From the IMG/VR virus record IMGVR_UViG_3300033066_001354: a DNA stretch of 40,580 nt; one strand, written 5' to 3'. Source of the DNA: an uncultured virus (IMG/VR IMGVR_UViG_3300033066_001354) (lineage: Duplodnaviria; Heunggongvirae; Uroviricota; Caudoviricetes). The first letter of the stretch is position 1. Every line of letters begins with the position of its first letter. The translations under genes were made by a program, and so were the position numbers. Below are positions 9,696 through 19,722 of this stretch, one piece after another. The notes under the pieces were generated by a model. The model searched no databases and was not told the DNA's origin. It saw only the letters and a program-made list of their open reading frames with translations.

Positions 9696-10274
9696 TCACT
9701 TCCAGGCAATATTACGGAACTCTGGACTCTGACCGATAGACTTGTCTTCTTCGATATACTCATAGTCAACAATATCTTTTATGTTTTTTCTGGTGTAAGG
9801 CACCTTTTGACAAACGTCCACGATTGGAACGGCATATCCAACAGAATGGTACTGAGAATTTTCGGCAATGTTGCGTACTCTTTTTTTTGTATAGAACTTA
9901 TAGGATTTCTTGATATAAGCCCTGCACTCTTGGAGGGGGAAGATGTACAAATCGCCGCTTTGTGGGACAAAACTTATCCAATAGTCAGCCTCTGAGTAAA
10001 GAAAGCACCCCTCTGTACCATATTCTTCGTTACTAAGAAATTCAAAGAACAAATTTTTTGTCTTGTGAGCAGTGGGTTCAGTCTTAAGCTCGTAGTACAA
10101 AATATCACCTTTTAAAGTATGGACGATAAAATCAACGTCGATTTTACGATACTCGGGAGCAGCGGACACGTCTTCGGCTTGCGCAACAGATGACAATGAC
10201 CTGATGAACGCTAAAACAAGCGCCTCGCCACCAGCGCCGACTTCAAGGCTTTGAGCAAAGCGGTGGTCTTTCAT
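9696..10274 (-). CDS. Restriction-endonuclease-fold (PD-(D/E)xK) phage protein
   Basis: GEA...DVDF...YELKTE...NLFFE pattern. Confidence 0.6.
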   Translation of the reverse strand: MKDHRFAQSLEVGAGGEALVLAFIRSLSSVAQAEDVSAAPEYRKIDVDFIVHTLKGDILYYELKTEPTAHKTKNLFFEFLSNEEYGTEGCFLYSEADYWISFVPQSGDLYIFPLQECRAYIKKSYKFYTKKRVRNIAENSQYHSVGYAVPIVDVCQKVPYTRKNIKDIVDYEYIEEDKSIGQSPEFRNIAWK

Positions 10275-10818
10275 ATTCCTCCAACTGTCGCAAGTAAATA
10301 GCCCTTTCGTCGGTTTGTGACAAAAATGTGACAATAGCCGATTGTACCCTCCATCTGCCCAAACAATATGTGATAAAGGACTTGGACATATCTTCTATGT
10401 TAGAAAAATCAGGTATTTCTTTGCTGTCTTTAATTATGGCGCACCTCAACTTAGCTTCAGTACACAATTTTAGCGAACCATTAAAGCTGTACGACTCTTT
10501 ATAAAGACTAATTGTGAACAGGTCGAGATTGCACCCGTTTTTACTCCAGCCCAAAAACCAAAGCTCGTTGATTTCGTCAAATATGCAATAAGGCAGCACA
10601 CATAAGTCAGCGCAGTATTGACTCAAGTCAATAAAACTTGACACGATTTTTGACAACATCTCGTCCTTCGCGTCCGAAAAACCCTCGATTGACTCAATGG
10701 CTTTTTCCACCATCGCCTTATAAGGGTCTTCGGGAACGGAGAAAGTCGTACTGTCAACAGCCTTTAAAAAAAGGGCTTGACTCTCGTTCGTTTTCGTATT
10801 CTTTTTGAACAACGGCAT
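10243..10818 (-). CDS. Hypothetical protein
   Basis: 191-aa ORF in operon. Confidence 0.6.
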   Translation of the reverse strand: MPLFKKNTKTNESQALFLKAVDSTTFSVPEDPYKAMVEKAIESIEGFSDAKDEMLSKIVSSFIDLSQYCADLCVLPYCIFDEINELWFLGWSKNGCNLDLFTISLYKESYSFNGSLKLCTEAKLRCAIIKDSKEIPDFSNIEDMSKSFITYCLGRWRVQSAIVTFLSQTDERAIYLRQLEEYERPPLCSKP

Positions 10819-11468
10819 TATTCTGGCTCAATGGTTTGAAAATGTACAGGAAGTCCGTGAGACCCAAAGTCGTCCAAAACGCTTTGCGGAATCGCAAGAG
10901 CGTCTTTGCACTTGACAGTCATTATACCCTGCTCGACAATTATGTCTGCAATACCGTGGTGACCGATATAAACGCGCTCGTGCTCAGCCCTGAATTTTCG
11001 TTTAACTCTGCGAGCGTTTTCTGTCTCAAGCAAATGCAGGGACAAAGTGGCAAAGTCACCGGGTTTGTAATAACGCGAAACACGGTAGTATTCGTCCGAT
11101 GGCTGAAACGCAGCGTCACGCATCGCACGTTGATGGTGGATGAAATGGAGCATGGACAAAGCAGCTTCCATAGAACTGGACTGTCCGCCCAAAAGCGCAA
11201 CAAAAGTAGCAATATCGTCTTCTGCGCACACCGATGGACTGAACATTTGAGTGTGATAGGGAGACGGATGGTATGTGACTATGCCATTGTCCAGCGTCTC
11301 AAAAAACGGATAAGAGCTTGCAGGAAGAACATGGTTGTGAAAATCAATTTCTAAACCGTCATCCAAACGTCGCCATCCCATTACTTCTTGTGCGACACGG
11401 ACATCAAAGCTTTTCTGCTCGTCAGTCAAAACAGGAACATTCGATTGTTTCATGTACGATTTATACAC
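10818..11468 (-). CDS. Hypothetical protein, possible phage ABA-sandwich (BC1872-like) N-terminus
   Basis: DVRVAQEVMGW...FSPS pattern. Confidence 0.5.
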   Translation of the reverse strand: MYKSYMKQSNVPVLTDEQKSFDVRVAQEVMGWRRLDDGLEIDFHNHVLPASSYPFFETLDNGIVTYHPSPYHTQMFSPSVCAEDDIATFVALLGGQSSSMEAALSMLHFIHHQRAMRDAAFQPSDEYYRVSRYYKPGDFATLSLHLLETENARRVKRKFRAEHERVYIGHHGIADIIVEQGIMTVKCKDALAIPQSVLDDFGSHGLPVHFQTIEPE

Positions 11469-11850
11469 TACTCGGCTGGTCGAAAGTCTTGTTCAATTGC
11501 TCGAACATTTCGGCAGCCCTTTTATTAATGTCATCAATTTGCTCTTTGCTCCACTTGCAATATTGCCCAAAGCAAGGACTGAAAGCGTATTGCCCGGACA
11601 CGTTGTTCACCGCGCACAAGAATTCTACACCGGGCTCGACTGGAGTCTTTACGCCCATCTCCTCAATCGGCATCTCTAAAGTGAACGAAGGGCGTCCGTC
11701 GCCGCCGTTACGCAAAAGTCCAAAAGCGACACCGTTTTCAACTTCTGTGACTTCAAAAATAAAAGCATGCACAATGTCGTCAATTAAGACATACCGACCT
11801 CGGCTGTCCTCAATCATATGTCCGTTTTTTCCAGGTTTGTAGCGTTTCAT
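11461..11850 (-). CDS. Hypothetical protein
   Basis: ORF coupled to neighbours. Confidence 0.6.
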   Translation of the reverse strand: MKRYKPGKNGHMIEDSRGRYVLIDDIVHAFIFEVTEVENGVAFGLLRNGGDGRPSFTLEMPIEEMGVKTPVEPGVEFLCAVNNVSGQYAFSPCFGQYCKWSKEQIDDINKRAAEMFEQLNKTFDQPSSV

Positions 11851-12401
11851 TTTTGATTCCTGTGCAAACTTGATGCACGCTTCTTGTCTTTTTCTGTGGC
11901 AGTTCGAGTATAGGTGTCTTTTGCCTCGTCTGGAAAAAGACCACTGAGTATTTTACCGTAGTCCTTGCCGAATGAAGTAAAAATAGTCGAATAACTTCCT
12001 TCTTCTCTTAGTCCGCATTGAAGACACTGGTGAAAACCACAGTAGGCTTCTTCGTAATTCAGATAATACCATTTGACCACTTTTTGCGGAGGATGGGGAC
12101 ACAATAAAGTAGCCTCAAACACACACTCCTGTGCCTTTTCGACAAGATGCGAGGCACGCAAGCGATACTTGCCCGCCTCTTTCATCTTGTCGCGCACTGC
12201 TTTTAACGCAATGTCTTGAGGCGTGGGGTTGGACTTTCGTCTCTTAAGCTCGTTTTTGACACAATTCATCTCGTCTTTATAAGCCCATTCGCGAGAAATT
12301 GGGATGTTCCCCAACCACTCTTTAAGCTCATCTCCCGTTGCTTTGTCAACCCATTTGGAAAAAGTCTCCCACTTAGCGCCCCACGTAAGAGTGTCGCTCA
12401 T
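11847..12401 (-). CDS. Hypothetical protein with Cys/His cluster
   Basis: ATGA-coupled start at 12401; CPH...C...CLQC. Confidence 0.6.
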   Translation of the reverse strand: MSDTLTWGAKWETFSKWVDKATGDELKEWLGNIPISREWAYKDEMNCVKNELKRRKSNPTPQDIALKAVRDKMKEAGKYRLRASHLVEKAQECVFEATLLCPHPPQKVVKWYYLNYEEAYCGFHQCLQCGLREEGSYSTIFTSFGKDYGKILSGLFPDEAKDTYTRTATEKDKKRASSLHRNQK

Positions 12402-13066
12402 TTTTTCCTCTCCAAAACGTGCCAAGCACCAGCACCGTGCAAATCTAACAATTCGTGCATCGTCTTCCAACCACCCTTGTCCCGTGAACAGACAACGTGA
12501 GCCTCGCCGTATATGGTTGCAGCCCAATCTTCAAAAGGCACCGTGTGCTCCCTTACGCCATCAATCAACACAACGTGGTCTGTATGGTTCCACCTACCGT
12601 TTTTCCACGGCCCTTCGCCGTTCATGTTGATTGATATGTAAACTATGCCGCCACACCTTAAGTCTTCGTCGAGTTTGTCCCAATACTTTCTGTACTGTGA
12701 ATGGTCGCGGTTCCAATTACCCTCGTCACAGCCCCAATCGGTAAAAGTAGGATGACACGAATTTTTTCTATGACTGAGAGAATCTAAATTCAACTTCTTG
12801 GCAAGGTTGTCGAACACGTCTGAATAATGCGGCCAAGCGTTCCCTAAAAAAGAACTTTCCTCACCTGTCTCAGTCCTGACGTGAGGTAACAAAAAGCCTT
12901 CCCAAATTTCGTCAAAAGTGAATTCTCTTTCTGGATAAAGCCACCTTAAAGCCGCTAAAGCTGCACAAGCAAAACAGTCCCCACCTTTGTTCCTCGTCGG
13001 CTCGGGTTGTGGAAACATTGGAATTTCGTGGCAGAACACTTTTTCAATCTTTTCCGCTATCGCCAT
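12398..13066 (-). CDS. Papain-like (C39-like) cysteine peptidase-fold protein, tentative
   Basis: GGDCFACAALAAL helix-start Cys and a later DHVVLIDG His strand. Confidence 0.5.
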   Translation of the reverse strand: MAIAEKIEKVFCHEIPMFPQPEPTRNKGGDCFACAALAALRWLYPEREFTFDEIWEGFLLPHVRTETGEESSFLGNAWPHYSDVFDNLAKKLNLDSLSHRKNSCHPTFTDWGCDEGNWNRDHSQYRKYWDKLDEDLRCGGIVYISINMNGEGPWKNGRWNHTDHVVLIDGVREHTVPFEDWAATIYGEAHVVCSRDKGGWKTMHELLDLHGAGAWHVLERKK

Positions 13067-13871
13067 CTTCTTCCACCCCAAAAGCTTTCAAAAAGTCTTG
13101 CTCCACCTCACCAAACCCAAACATTGAACTCCTTATTTCTTCGTCTTCGGCGTCCTTCTTTTTCAAGGCTTCTCTCGCACTCACTGCGTCTGGATGATTG
13201 TAAGGAACGAACTCGACACCTAATTCTTTGCACAAAGCTTCGTCCTCTGCATCGCCAGCAGCGGGATTCTTGCGGAGAGCCTTTTCCCGAGCGGCTCTCC
13301 ACTTCACACCCGCGCTGCTGTCGCCAAAACGGTGGGAGTTTTTCACGACGTTCTTGCGCACAAGACGAGTGGCACGCTCTGTCATGCCACCCTTTGAAAC
13401 ACTGTCGCCCCAGTCCTTGTGGACGGACAAGTCGGCCCAGCCGAAAAAGCCAGCCCGATGCAAAAATTCCAACGGCCTGAAACCGAAATCCGCGCACATC
13501 AGCTTCACCACCGCATCGTGCAAATTCTGATAAGTGAGACTGGCGGCACGGTTGAAGCGGGCGTCACGGACGTTCATCAGATAAATGCCTTCGTCGCCTT
13601 TAAGACGCCATTTCATCGCGTCTTCCAACTCCCTCACCCTGCCAGCCTTAATCTCCCTGTCGGGATTCACCGCCCATTCGTAGTCATAGCCAGAAGCATA
13701 GTCCTCAGCCCAACGACGCTCGTTGTGGAAGTGCTCTTCCTTAGCCGCCTTCACAGTACAGCGCAGCACCATGTCCTCAAATTGCTTTTGAGAGAACTTC
13801 TTGTCATGCACCAGTTGCGCAAAAGCACTCTCTTCGTAACTCCCGTACCCTAATTCGTAAAAATACGTCAT
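13044..13871 (-). CDS. Hypothetical protein
   Basis: 275-aa ORF in operon. Confidence 0.65.
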   Translation of the reverse strand: MTYFYELGYGSYEESAFAQLVHDKKFSQKQFEDMVLRCTVKAAKEEHFHNERRWAEDYASGYDYEWAVNPDREIKAGRVRELEDAMKWRLKGDEGIYLMNVRDARFNRAASLTYQNLHDAVVKLMCADFGFRPLEFLHRAGFFGWADLSVHKDWGDSVSKGGMTERATRLVRKNVVKNSHRFGDSSAGVKWRAAREKALRKNPAAGDAEDEALCKELGVEFVPYNHPDAVSAREALKKKDAEDEEIRSSMFGFGEVEQDFLKAFGVEEDGDSGKD

Positions 13872-14215
13872 TCTGTCCTTCTAGACTCCATTTCGGCCGC
13901 CACCACGCCACGCCACCATTTTCGCACAGGACGCATGACAGCGCTCCACACTGTCACACTAAGCCACACAACGCCAAACATGACCAATATGACACCCGCG
14001 AGAACTAACGGGAAAAGCCAAAAAGTGCGCCAAAAATCATTGAAAAAACCTTTTTCGACAAGAACGTAAGCCATCATCCACCAACAAAAAACACCGATGA
14101 CCAAAGTGGACAGACAACCCCATCCGTCCCAGGAAACAGCGTTCACCAAAAAAGTCCGTAGCCTCATAAAAACAAGTATATCACGAACGGCGTGATTTTT
14201 TCTTTTTCTTCTCAA
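13868..14215 (-). CDS. Hypothetical membrane protein
   Basis: Two hydrophobic segments; start uncertain. Confidence 0.55.
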   Translation of the reverse strand: MRRKRKNHAVRDILVFMRLRTFLVNAVSWDGWGCLSTLVIGVFCWWMMAYVLVEKGFFNDFWRTFWLFPLVLAGVILVMFGVVWLSVTVWSAVMRPVRKWWRGVVAAEMESRRTE

Positions 14216-14498
14216 TTTTCTTATAAAGCCTGTCTAGGTTTGCGACAGACTCTTTCCATTCTTGAAAAGCAATTTTCCCTATGTGGTTGGCGATAAGAGG
14301 GTTGACGGCAAAACGCGTTTCCATAGCTTGAAAACTTTCTTCGACTTTGCCCACTGCCGTATGAAAGTCATGGACTAACATCGCGTCTTCGACGACGCGG
14401 AGCGCCGCCTCGATGTCGTCGTTGGGCAAGGCACGTTCCAAACGCTCGTACAAGTCCTTCTTTTCACGAAGCGTGCTGTTAAACAGAGTCCTTCCCAT
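14181..14498 (-). CDS. Hypothetical protein, tandem paralog family member
   Basis: Shares N-terminal pattern LYERLERAL...IEAALRVVED with neighbours. Confidence 0.65.
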   Translation of the reverse strand: MGRTLFNSTLREKKDLYERLERALPNDDIEAALRVVEDAMLVHDFHTAVGKVEESFQAMETRFAVNPLIANHIGKIAFQEWKESVANLDRLYKKIEKKKKKSRRS

Positions 14499-14536
14499 CT
14501 ATCGACCAATTATACCACAACACTTGACTGGCTTGT

Positions 14537-15469
14537 TCAACCACCGTAAAAGACATCCAACAGACTGTCACCAATTTTTTGCCACAAATTCTTCTTTTTC
14601 TTCGAAGCCACATTAAGAGAATTCGCAGACTGTTTTTGCAAAGCTTGTTGCAGTTGTAAAGCTTGGTTGACCAATTGGTTTTTTGCAAAGCAATTGGCGC
14701 AATAGTCTTTGTCGCCCCCGTTCTTCATGTCGTACTGGCGTCCGCAAGTGACACAAGCCCTTGAAGCTGCCACGGCAATACAAGTGTCGCAAAGACTGTT
14801 TCCGCCGTTCAATCCCACCGTGTAAGTCATAGAACACCCGGTGCAACGCTGTGAGACAGGATGTTTCTTTGAGAAGGCATGACAAGCGTTACAAGTGTCT
14901 GGCTCTGTGTCCTTCACGGTGAGAGCGTTTTGGCACACTTTACAAGAGCTAAGAGTTGGCGGGACAAGTTGCATCAACTTGGCGACTTGAGCCTGAGAAG
15001 CCTGCATCGCCTGAGAAGCGCCCGGGGAAAGTTGCTGTGCATACTTTTGTTGACTGCTGCACCAAGACTGCGTGGAAGCTGACTGAGACTGTTTCGTCGT
15101 GAAAACCACGCCTTTGCCACGGACGATGGCGGCTTGTCCGCTGGAGGCTTTCCTCACTTCGTCGTCAGAAGCCCTTCTAGCACGCTGGACTTCTGGATGG
15201 TTGCTGAACAAATCGCCAAGCTTGTTGAAAGCCCTGAAAAACTCTTCTTTCATCTTTTCGTACTTGCTACTGCCAGAATGCTCGTAGTGGTATTCTTCGA
15301 CAAGCACGTTTTCGTACATCTTGTAAAGACTGACGAACAAAGCCTCGAAATCGTCAAAGTCTTCCAGAGCGTCCAAAGTGTCGCGAATGTCCGTGTTCGG
15401 CGTCACTTTCAAGGCGTCTCTAAGACGGGCCTCGATAGCCATTCTTGATACTTTGGCTGATTTAATCAT
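14537..15469 (-). CDS. Hypothetical protein, paralog family member with C-terminal multi-CxxC zinc region
   Basis: IEARLRDAL...IRDTLDALEDFD; six CxxC pairs; Q/S/A-rich linker. Confidence 0.7.
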   Translation of the reverse strand: MIKSAKVSRMAIEARLRDALKVTPNTDIRDTLDALEDFDDFEALFVSLYKMYENVLVEEYHYEHSGSSKYEKMKEEFFRAFNKLGDLFSNHPEVQRARRASDDEVRKASSGQAAIVRGKGVVFTTKQSQSASTQSWCSSQQKYAQQLSPGASQAMQASQAQVAKLMQLVPPTLSSCKVCQNALTVKDTEPDTCNACHAFSKKHPVSQRCTGCSMTYTVGLNGGNSLCDTCIAVAASRACVTCGRQYDMKNGGDKDYCANCFAKNQLVNQALQLQQALQKQSANSLNVASKKKKNLWQKIGDSLLDVFYGG

Positions 15470-15473
15470 GGTG

Positions 15474-15776
15474 TTAGTAAAGGTTGCGGGACAAAATGTT
15501 GTAAGACATACGCTCTACTTCGTAAAAAACGTCCTCCAAAATTTGACCGTTTTTGTAGACACTGCCGTTAGAAGACTTGAAGACAGCCTTGCCCAGCTTG
15601 TTGAGTCCCACCCTGTCGTCAATCCGCCTCCAAAAATCGGCGGCGTCTTGAACGTCGCACACAATGTCTAGAAAGTCTTGCAGACGCTTTTTGTCAGCTT
15701 CGTCCAAAGTGTTCGAAGCCAAAAAGGCACCAATGGTCGCCGCTGCTTCGTTCCTTGTCCTCGCTGTGGACTTCAA
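15474..15776 (-). CDS. Hypothetical protein, paralog family member
   Basis: TTG start overlapping the upstream TGA; MKSTARTR...LQDFLDIVCDVQD. Confidence 0.55.
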   Translation of the reverse strand: MKSTARTRNEAAATIGAFLASNTLDEADKKRLQDFLDIVCDVQDAADFWRRIDDRVGLNKLGKAVFKSSNGSVYKNGQILEDVFYEVERMSYNILSRNLY

Positions 15777-16531
15777 TGCAGCACACCCTTGAGACACTGG
15801 ACGATACCGTCGATGTCCGTTTCTTTGAAAGTCCTCACCTTCTTCCTGCCAGAGTCCTTGATTGTCACGGTGCGAGGAACGTAAGAATGGCACAAATAGG
15901 CAGTGTGACCGCCATACTTCATCTCAAAGTCGCCGCACGTCTTGAGCGTGACTGTGACAAGAGAAGGGTTGCCTGAAGTCAGCTTGTTCACAATGTCCTT
16001 CATCTCGTCCAAATACTGCGACACGGGAGCGGCAGGCTTAGGAGGCGTCTGTGGAGTCAAATTGATTTGCCCGATGCGAGGGTGCGAGACGACGAACGGG
16101 TTGGAGGATGCTGGAGCCGCTGGACGTTTAATTTTGTTCTGCATGAACGGCATGCCAGCGTTCTCCGCCGCCTGTCTCAATTTATCGACTTGGACGGCAA
16201 TCCAGTGCTGGGAGTTCTTCCAAAGCCCTCCGTGGACGCCAAGCCCTAAGAACAAGTCCATGCGGTGGACGACGTACTCTTTCAATTTCTTGACGTTCAC
16301 CCCGTCGTGGACACTGCCGTAATCGTCATAGTCGTCATAATCGTAGTCTTCGACACGTGAGAGGTTGGAGTGGTAGAAATATTCTGCCGTCACAGCCTGT
16401 ATCTCGACAAGCTCGTCCAAGTCTTCGACAATCCCTAACGCCTCAGTGAGTTCGTCAGAGTCCGAAACTACGCCAAGCGCCTCTGTAATTCGCTCTTTAA
16501 AGCGTTTTCGCGTCTCTTCGTTGGATTTCAT
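15773..16531 (-). CDS. Hypothetical protein, paralog family member
   Basis: FKERITEAL...LTEALGIVEDLDE. Confidence 0.7.
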   Translation of the reverse strand: MKSNEETRKRFKERITEALGVVSDSDELTEALGIVEDLDELVEIQAVTAEYFYHSNLSRVEDYDYDDYDDYGSVHDGVNVKKLKEYVVHRMDLFLGLGVHGGLWKNSQHWIAVQVDKLRQAAENAGMPFMQNKIKRPAAPASSNPFVVSHPRIGQINLTPQTPPKPAAPVSQYLDEMKDIVNKLTSGNPSLVTVTLKTCGDFEMKYGGHTAYLCHSYVPRTVTIKDSGRKKVRTFKETDIDGIVQCLKGVLH

Positions 16532-16815
16532 AAATGTGCCTTCACCATTATACCTAAGTCGGTGTAGTCTGTGTCATTGTCGATTTCGCCCAATTCTGTC
16601 AGAGTGGAAGGATGGACGAAACAAATCTTGCCACCCTTCGCCACAACCATGACTCCGTTCAAATTTGCGTAAGAATCGTAAGCGTCCAGGTCGTCAATCA
16701 TGTCCAGGACGCGAATGATGCTGTGCTCGCCAGGATGGGACTTTAACGCTTCTAAAAGACGTTTTTTCAATATTTGTCTAGTGCCTGGGTGGGATTTCAT
16801 CATAATTCTTTCCAT
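16528..16815 (-). CDS. Hypothetical protein, paralog family member
   Basis: LKKRLLEAL...IIRVLDMIDDLD. Confidence 0.65.
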   Translation of the reverse strand: MERIMMKSHPGTRQILKKRLLEALKSHPGEHSIIRVLDMIDDLDAYDSYANLNGVMVVAKGGKICFVHPSTLTELGEIDNDTDYTDLGIMVKAHL

Positions 16816-17150
16816 CCGCTCTCATAGCTGTCATCGTCGTCCCAGTCCCAGTCGGTGTCATTGCTATAAAACGCCTTGAATTTTTGCAAGCGTGTGTTCT
16901 CGCGCAATTCGTCTATGAATTTGACGAAAGGACGCATCTCGTTATGAACCCAACCTTGCTCCACCACCTTTTCAAAAGAGTCTGGGACACCCTGGACTTC
17001 GAACATCTTCAACACCAAGTCACGAAGCTCTGCATATTCCACAGCCTCTTCGACAATACGTATGGCGCTCTTCACTTCTTCAGTGCTGGGCGCACCGTAA
17101 AGCTTCTGTAAAAGCTCTGTGCGTTGCTTGGCGGTGGAAAGGACTCTCAT
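16800..17150 (-). CDS. Hypothetical protein, paralog family member
   Basis: LLQKLYGA...VKSAIRIVEEA; acidic C-terminus. Confidence 0.65.
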   Translation of the reverse strand: MRVLSTAKQRTELLQKLYGAPSTEEVKSAIRIVEEAVEYAELRDLVLKMFEVQGVPDSFEKVVEQGWVHNEMRPFVKFIDELRENTRLQKFKAFYSNDTDWDWDDDDSYESGWKEL

Positions 17151-17156
17151 GCCGTT

Positions 17157-18152
17157 TTAAACTGTTCCTAAAGCCTGTACTGAAACCTCAGACATCTCTT
17201 TTTGCGCGGACTGGTAGGAGTCGAGCGTGGACTTTACTTCGCCAAGTGCGCTCATGGCGATTTCAGAATAACTCGCAAGGACGCTTATCGCGTTCCCTCG
17301 TTCCAGGTTCTTCACTTCTGCCGTGTCTAAGAAACTGACAGCCTCACGGACTGAGCGGATGTCGTCGGCCACTTGCAAGTAAGAACGAAGGTCGTTGGCC
17401 ATCTTTTGTATCGGAGCAATGATTTCGTTCGTGTGCTTGTGCTGTGCCTCAAGTTCCGTCACAAGCCTCTCAAGACGCTCGATGGACGAATCGACTTCGC
17501 CAACGTGAGAGGCGTAAAGCTCTTTAACGACAGGGTGCTGGTTGGGACTGACGCCCATCTGCCTGTTCTGGTTGACTTTGATTTCTGTCCACTCTCTTAC
17601 AATGTAAGAACGAACAGCGTCAGTCAACTCTTCAACACTGCCTTTTGTGAGAGAGTTGATGAAAGGCTTTATGTTCAACATTACGAGCCTTTTAGTGCGT
17701 TCGTCGCTCGTGTCCACTTTGTTGGAAGAGGAAACAGCCCCCCTACAGTCGTCGTTGACATAATACTGTCCTCTTGGACTATTGTTCACAAGAACTTCCC
17801 TTGCACGCATTGCGATGTCTTTCTTCACCTCACCGACAAGCTCTTCGACGACAGCCTCCGTGGGAGATGGGTCGATTTTTTGACGCACAGTCCTTAAAGT
17901 GTCCAAGTGCTTCTGCGCTTCTTTAATGTCGCTGTTGATTGAATTGCGAATACGCTGGGCCTCGTCAATCGGGCGTTTCACTAAATGCGTGGACACAGCC
18001 TCAAGGACTTGAACGTCGGACAGGTCGATTTTTTTAAACCTGCTGATTGTGACTTCTTTGAGCCACTTCCACCCAGTGTAACTTTCGAGCCTTGATTGTC
18101 TGGCTATGTTCATAAGCTCAGAGTCAGACATGGGCACAATCGGACTTTTCAT
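17157..18152 (-). CDS. Coiled-coil hypothetical protein
   Basis: Long helical/heptad-rich ORF; ATG at 18152. Confidence 0.7.
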   Translation of the reverse strand: MKSPIVPMSDSELMNIARQSRLESYTGWKWLKEVTISRFKKIDLSDVQVLEAVSTHLVKRPIDEAQRIRNSINSDIKEAQKHLDTLRTVRQKIDPSPTEAVVEELVGEVKKDIAMRAREVLVNNSPRGQYYVNDDCRGAVSSSNKVDTSDERTKRLVMLNIKPFINSLTKGSVEELTDAVRSYIVREWTEIKVNQNRQMGVSPNQHPVVKELYASHVGEVDSSIERLERLVTELEAQHKHTNEIIAPIQKMANDLRSYLQVADDIRSVREAVSFLDTAEVKNLERGNAISVLASYSEIAMSALGEVKSTLDSYQSAQKEMSEVSVQALGTV

Positions 18153-18189
18153 CGACTTTTTACGATGCGTAAGAGCGTTTTTGAGGAAA

Positions 18190-18405
18190 TCACGGGTAGA
18201 TGAGTTCTCCGCCACGGACGACTTCAAATTTTTCTTGAGCAAGGCGCAAATCAAGGCACTTTCGGGAAATTGAGCTTCCGTCGCTGAAAATGACACTGCG
18301 CAAAGTGACGCTTTGCACAGTCCTTGTGAGCACGGGGCAATCGACATACAACAAAACGTCACCCTCCATTACGTCCTGCGATGTGAATTCCCGTGGTGTC
18401 TTCAT
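18190..18405 (-). CDS. Hypothetical protein
   Basis: 71-aa ORF with ATGA coupling. Confidence 0.55.
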   Translation of the reverse strand: MKTPREFTSQDVMEGDVLLYVDCPVLTRTVQSVTLRSVIFSDGSSISRKCLDLRLAQEKFEVVRGGELIYP

Positions 18406-18974
18406 TCTACTTTCTCAACTTCTCTCACCCATTTGATTTTTGTCGTTTCCCTAGCCGACAGGTAACGCACGAACCCGACCTTGAACAAGAAGTGCCAAAG
18501 ACAAGTGACATAACTTTGGACGCGGTGGTCGAAATCGTTGTCCTTACACATGTCCGTGTACTGTCTACCGTGGTTGTAAAGGACGGTGACGAACGACTCC
18601 CAGTCACAAGCGGCTAAATTAGAAGGTCGGTCAATGAAGCCCGCGCCACTATATCCCATTTCTTGCATGTGGAAAACATAGTCGCACAAAATCTTGTAAT
18701 GCTCGTCCCTGTTCACTCCGTTCTGTTGCAAGATGCAGTCAAGAAGCACTTGGAAAGACGATGTGACAAAATCGTACACGCTCAAATTTTTGTTAGCATT
18801 GTACCAAGCCTTCGTCTCGTAGGACAAACCGTCGTATGTCTTCGTGTCCACTGTCTCAAAAAGCGACCCATATGCGATGTTTTCCGACGACATGAGCGCC
18901 CCGTCTTCAGCGCACAGACGGTGGACTGGGTTAAGAAGTCTTCTGTGCAACGCGTCGAAATATTGTTCAGGCAT
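18402..18974 (-). CDS. Hypothetical protein
   Basis: ORF coupled to neighbours. Confidence 0.6.
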   Translation of the reverse strand: MPEQYFDALHRRLLNPVHRLCAEDGALMSSENIAYGSLFETVDTKTYDGLSYETKAWYNANKNLSVYDFVTSSFQVLLDCILQQNGVNRDEHYKILCDYVFHMQEMGYSGAGFIDRPSNLAACDWESFVTVLYNHGRQYTDMCKDNDFDHRVQSYVTCLWHFLFKVGFVRYLSARETTKIKWVREVEKVE

Positions 18975-19347
18975 TTTCCGCCGCCTGCTTGAAGATGTCT
19001 TCAAACTTAATGTACCTGTGGGGCTCCCCCTCTTTCCAAAGCGCAAGGGAAGTGGGCGCTAAAATCCCGATTTTAGTGGGCACCAAGACACTCCACTTTT
19101 GGACGAAAAGCACGACTTGTTCAATGCTGCCAAACTCTATGACGCCGACACCCCAGTGCCCGTCTTCTTTCGCCATGTACTCTTCTGTGAAGTGCTGGGC
19201 ACGCGAGTTCTCAATTTGCTCGAAAGCGAAGTCTTTTTCCGTGCAAAAACACACGGCGAGCCTTTGTCCGTCGAAAGCGTAGTAGAAAGGCGACTGGAGG
19301 CTCTTTTCGGCAGTGTCGGAGTGTATGAGAAGGGGCAGGTAGTGCAT
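18967..19347 (-). CDS. Hypothetical protein
   Basis: ORF coupled to neighbours. Confidence 0.6.
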   Translation of the reverse strand: MHYLPLLIHSDTAEKSLQSPFYYAFDGQRLAVCFCTEKDFAFEQIENSRAQHFTEEYMAKEDGHWGVGVIEFGSIEQVVLFVQKWSVLVPTKIGILAPTSLALWKEGEPHRYIKFEDIFKQAAENA

Positions 19348-19535
19348 TAGTCTTTTCCTCTTTCTATTTCTGAACGCTCACGGTAGCCTTCTGTTATTGC
19401 TTCCTGGCGACCACGCTCAAAAGACTTGCCAACGTTATGCACGCAAGACTGACCAAAGAGCCCTATCGCCAACAAGACGGCCAATAAAACCACACAGCCG
19501 CAACAACTACAACCTTCGTCTTCAATGTCTGCCAT
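19347..19535 (-). CDS. Small membrane protein
   Basis: GCSCCGC followed by one TM helix. Confidence 0.55.
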   Translation of the reverse strand: MADIEDEGCSCCGCVVLLAVLLAIGLFGQSCVHNVGKSFERGRQEAITEGYRERSEIERGKD

Positions 19536-19722
19536 CTTTAACCTCTGCGTAAATTTTCGAACTTTGGACGTTTTTTGTCTTTGGTGAGAAGGACGACACC
19601 AACAACAACACCATGAACACTATGAAACATATAAAGAGAAAAGCGCCGCACAACGAATTCAATTCCCAGGAAGTGTGCTTTTCGTCTGGCGGCAAAATGT
19701 ACTTGTTGAAAAACTGGCTCAT
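19522..19722 (-). CDS. Small membrane protein
   Basis: Single hydrophobic helix. Confidence 0.5.
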   Translation of the reverse strand: MSQFFNKYILPPDEKHTSWELNSLCGAFLFICFIVFMVLLLVSSFSPKTKNVQSSKIYAEVKDGRH

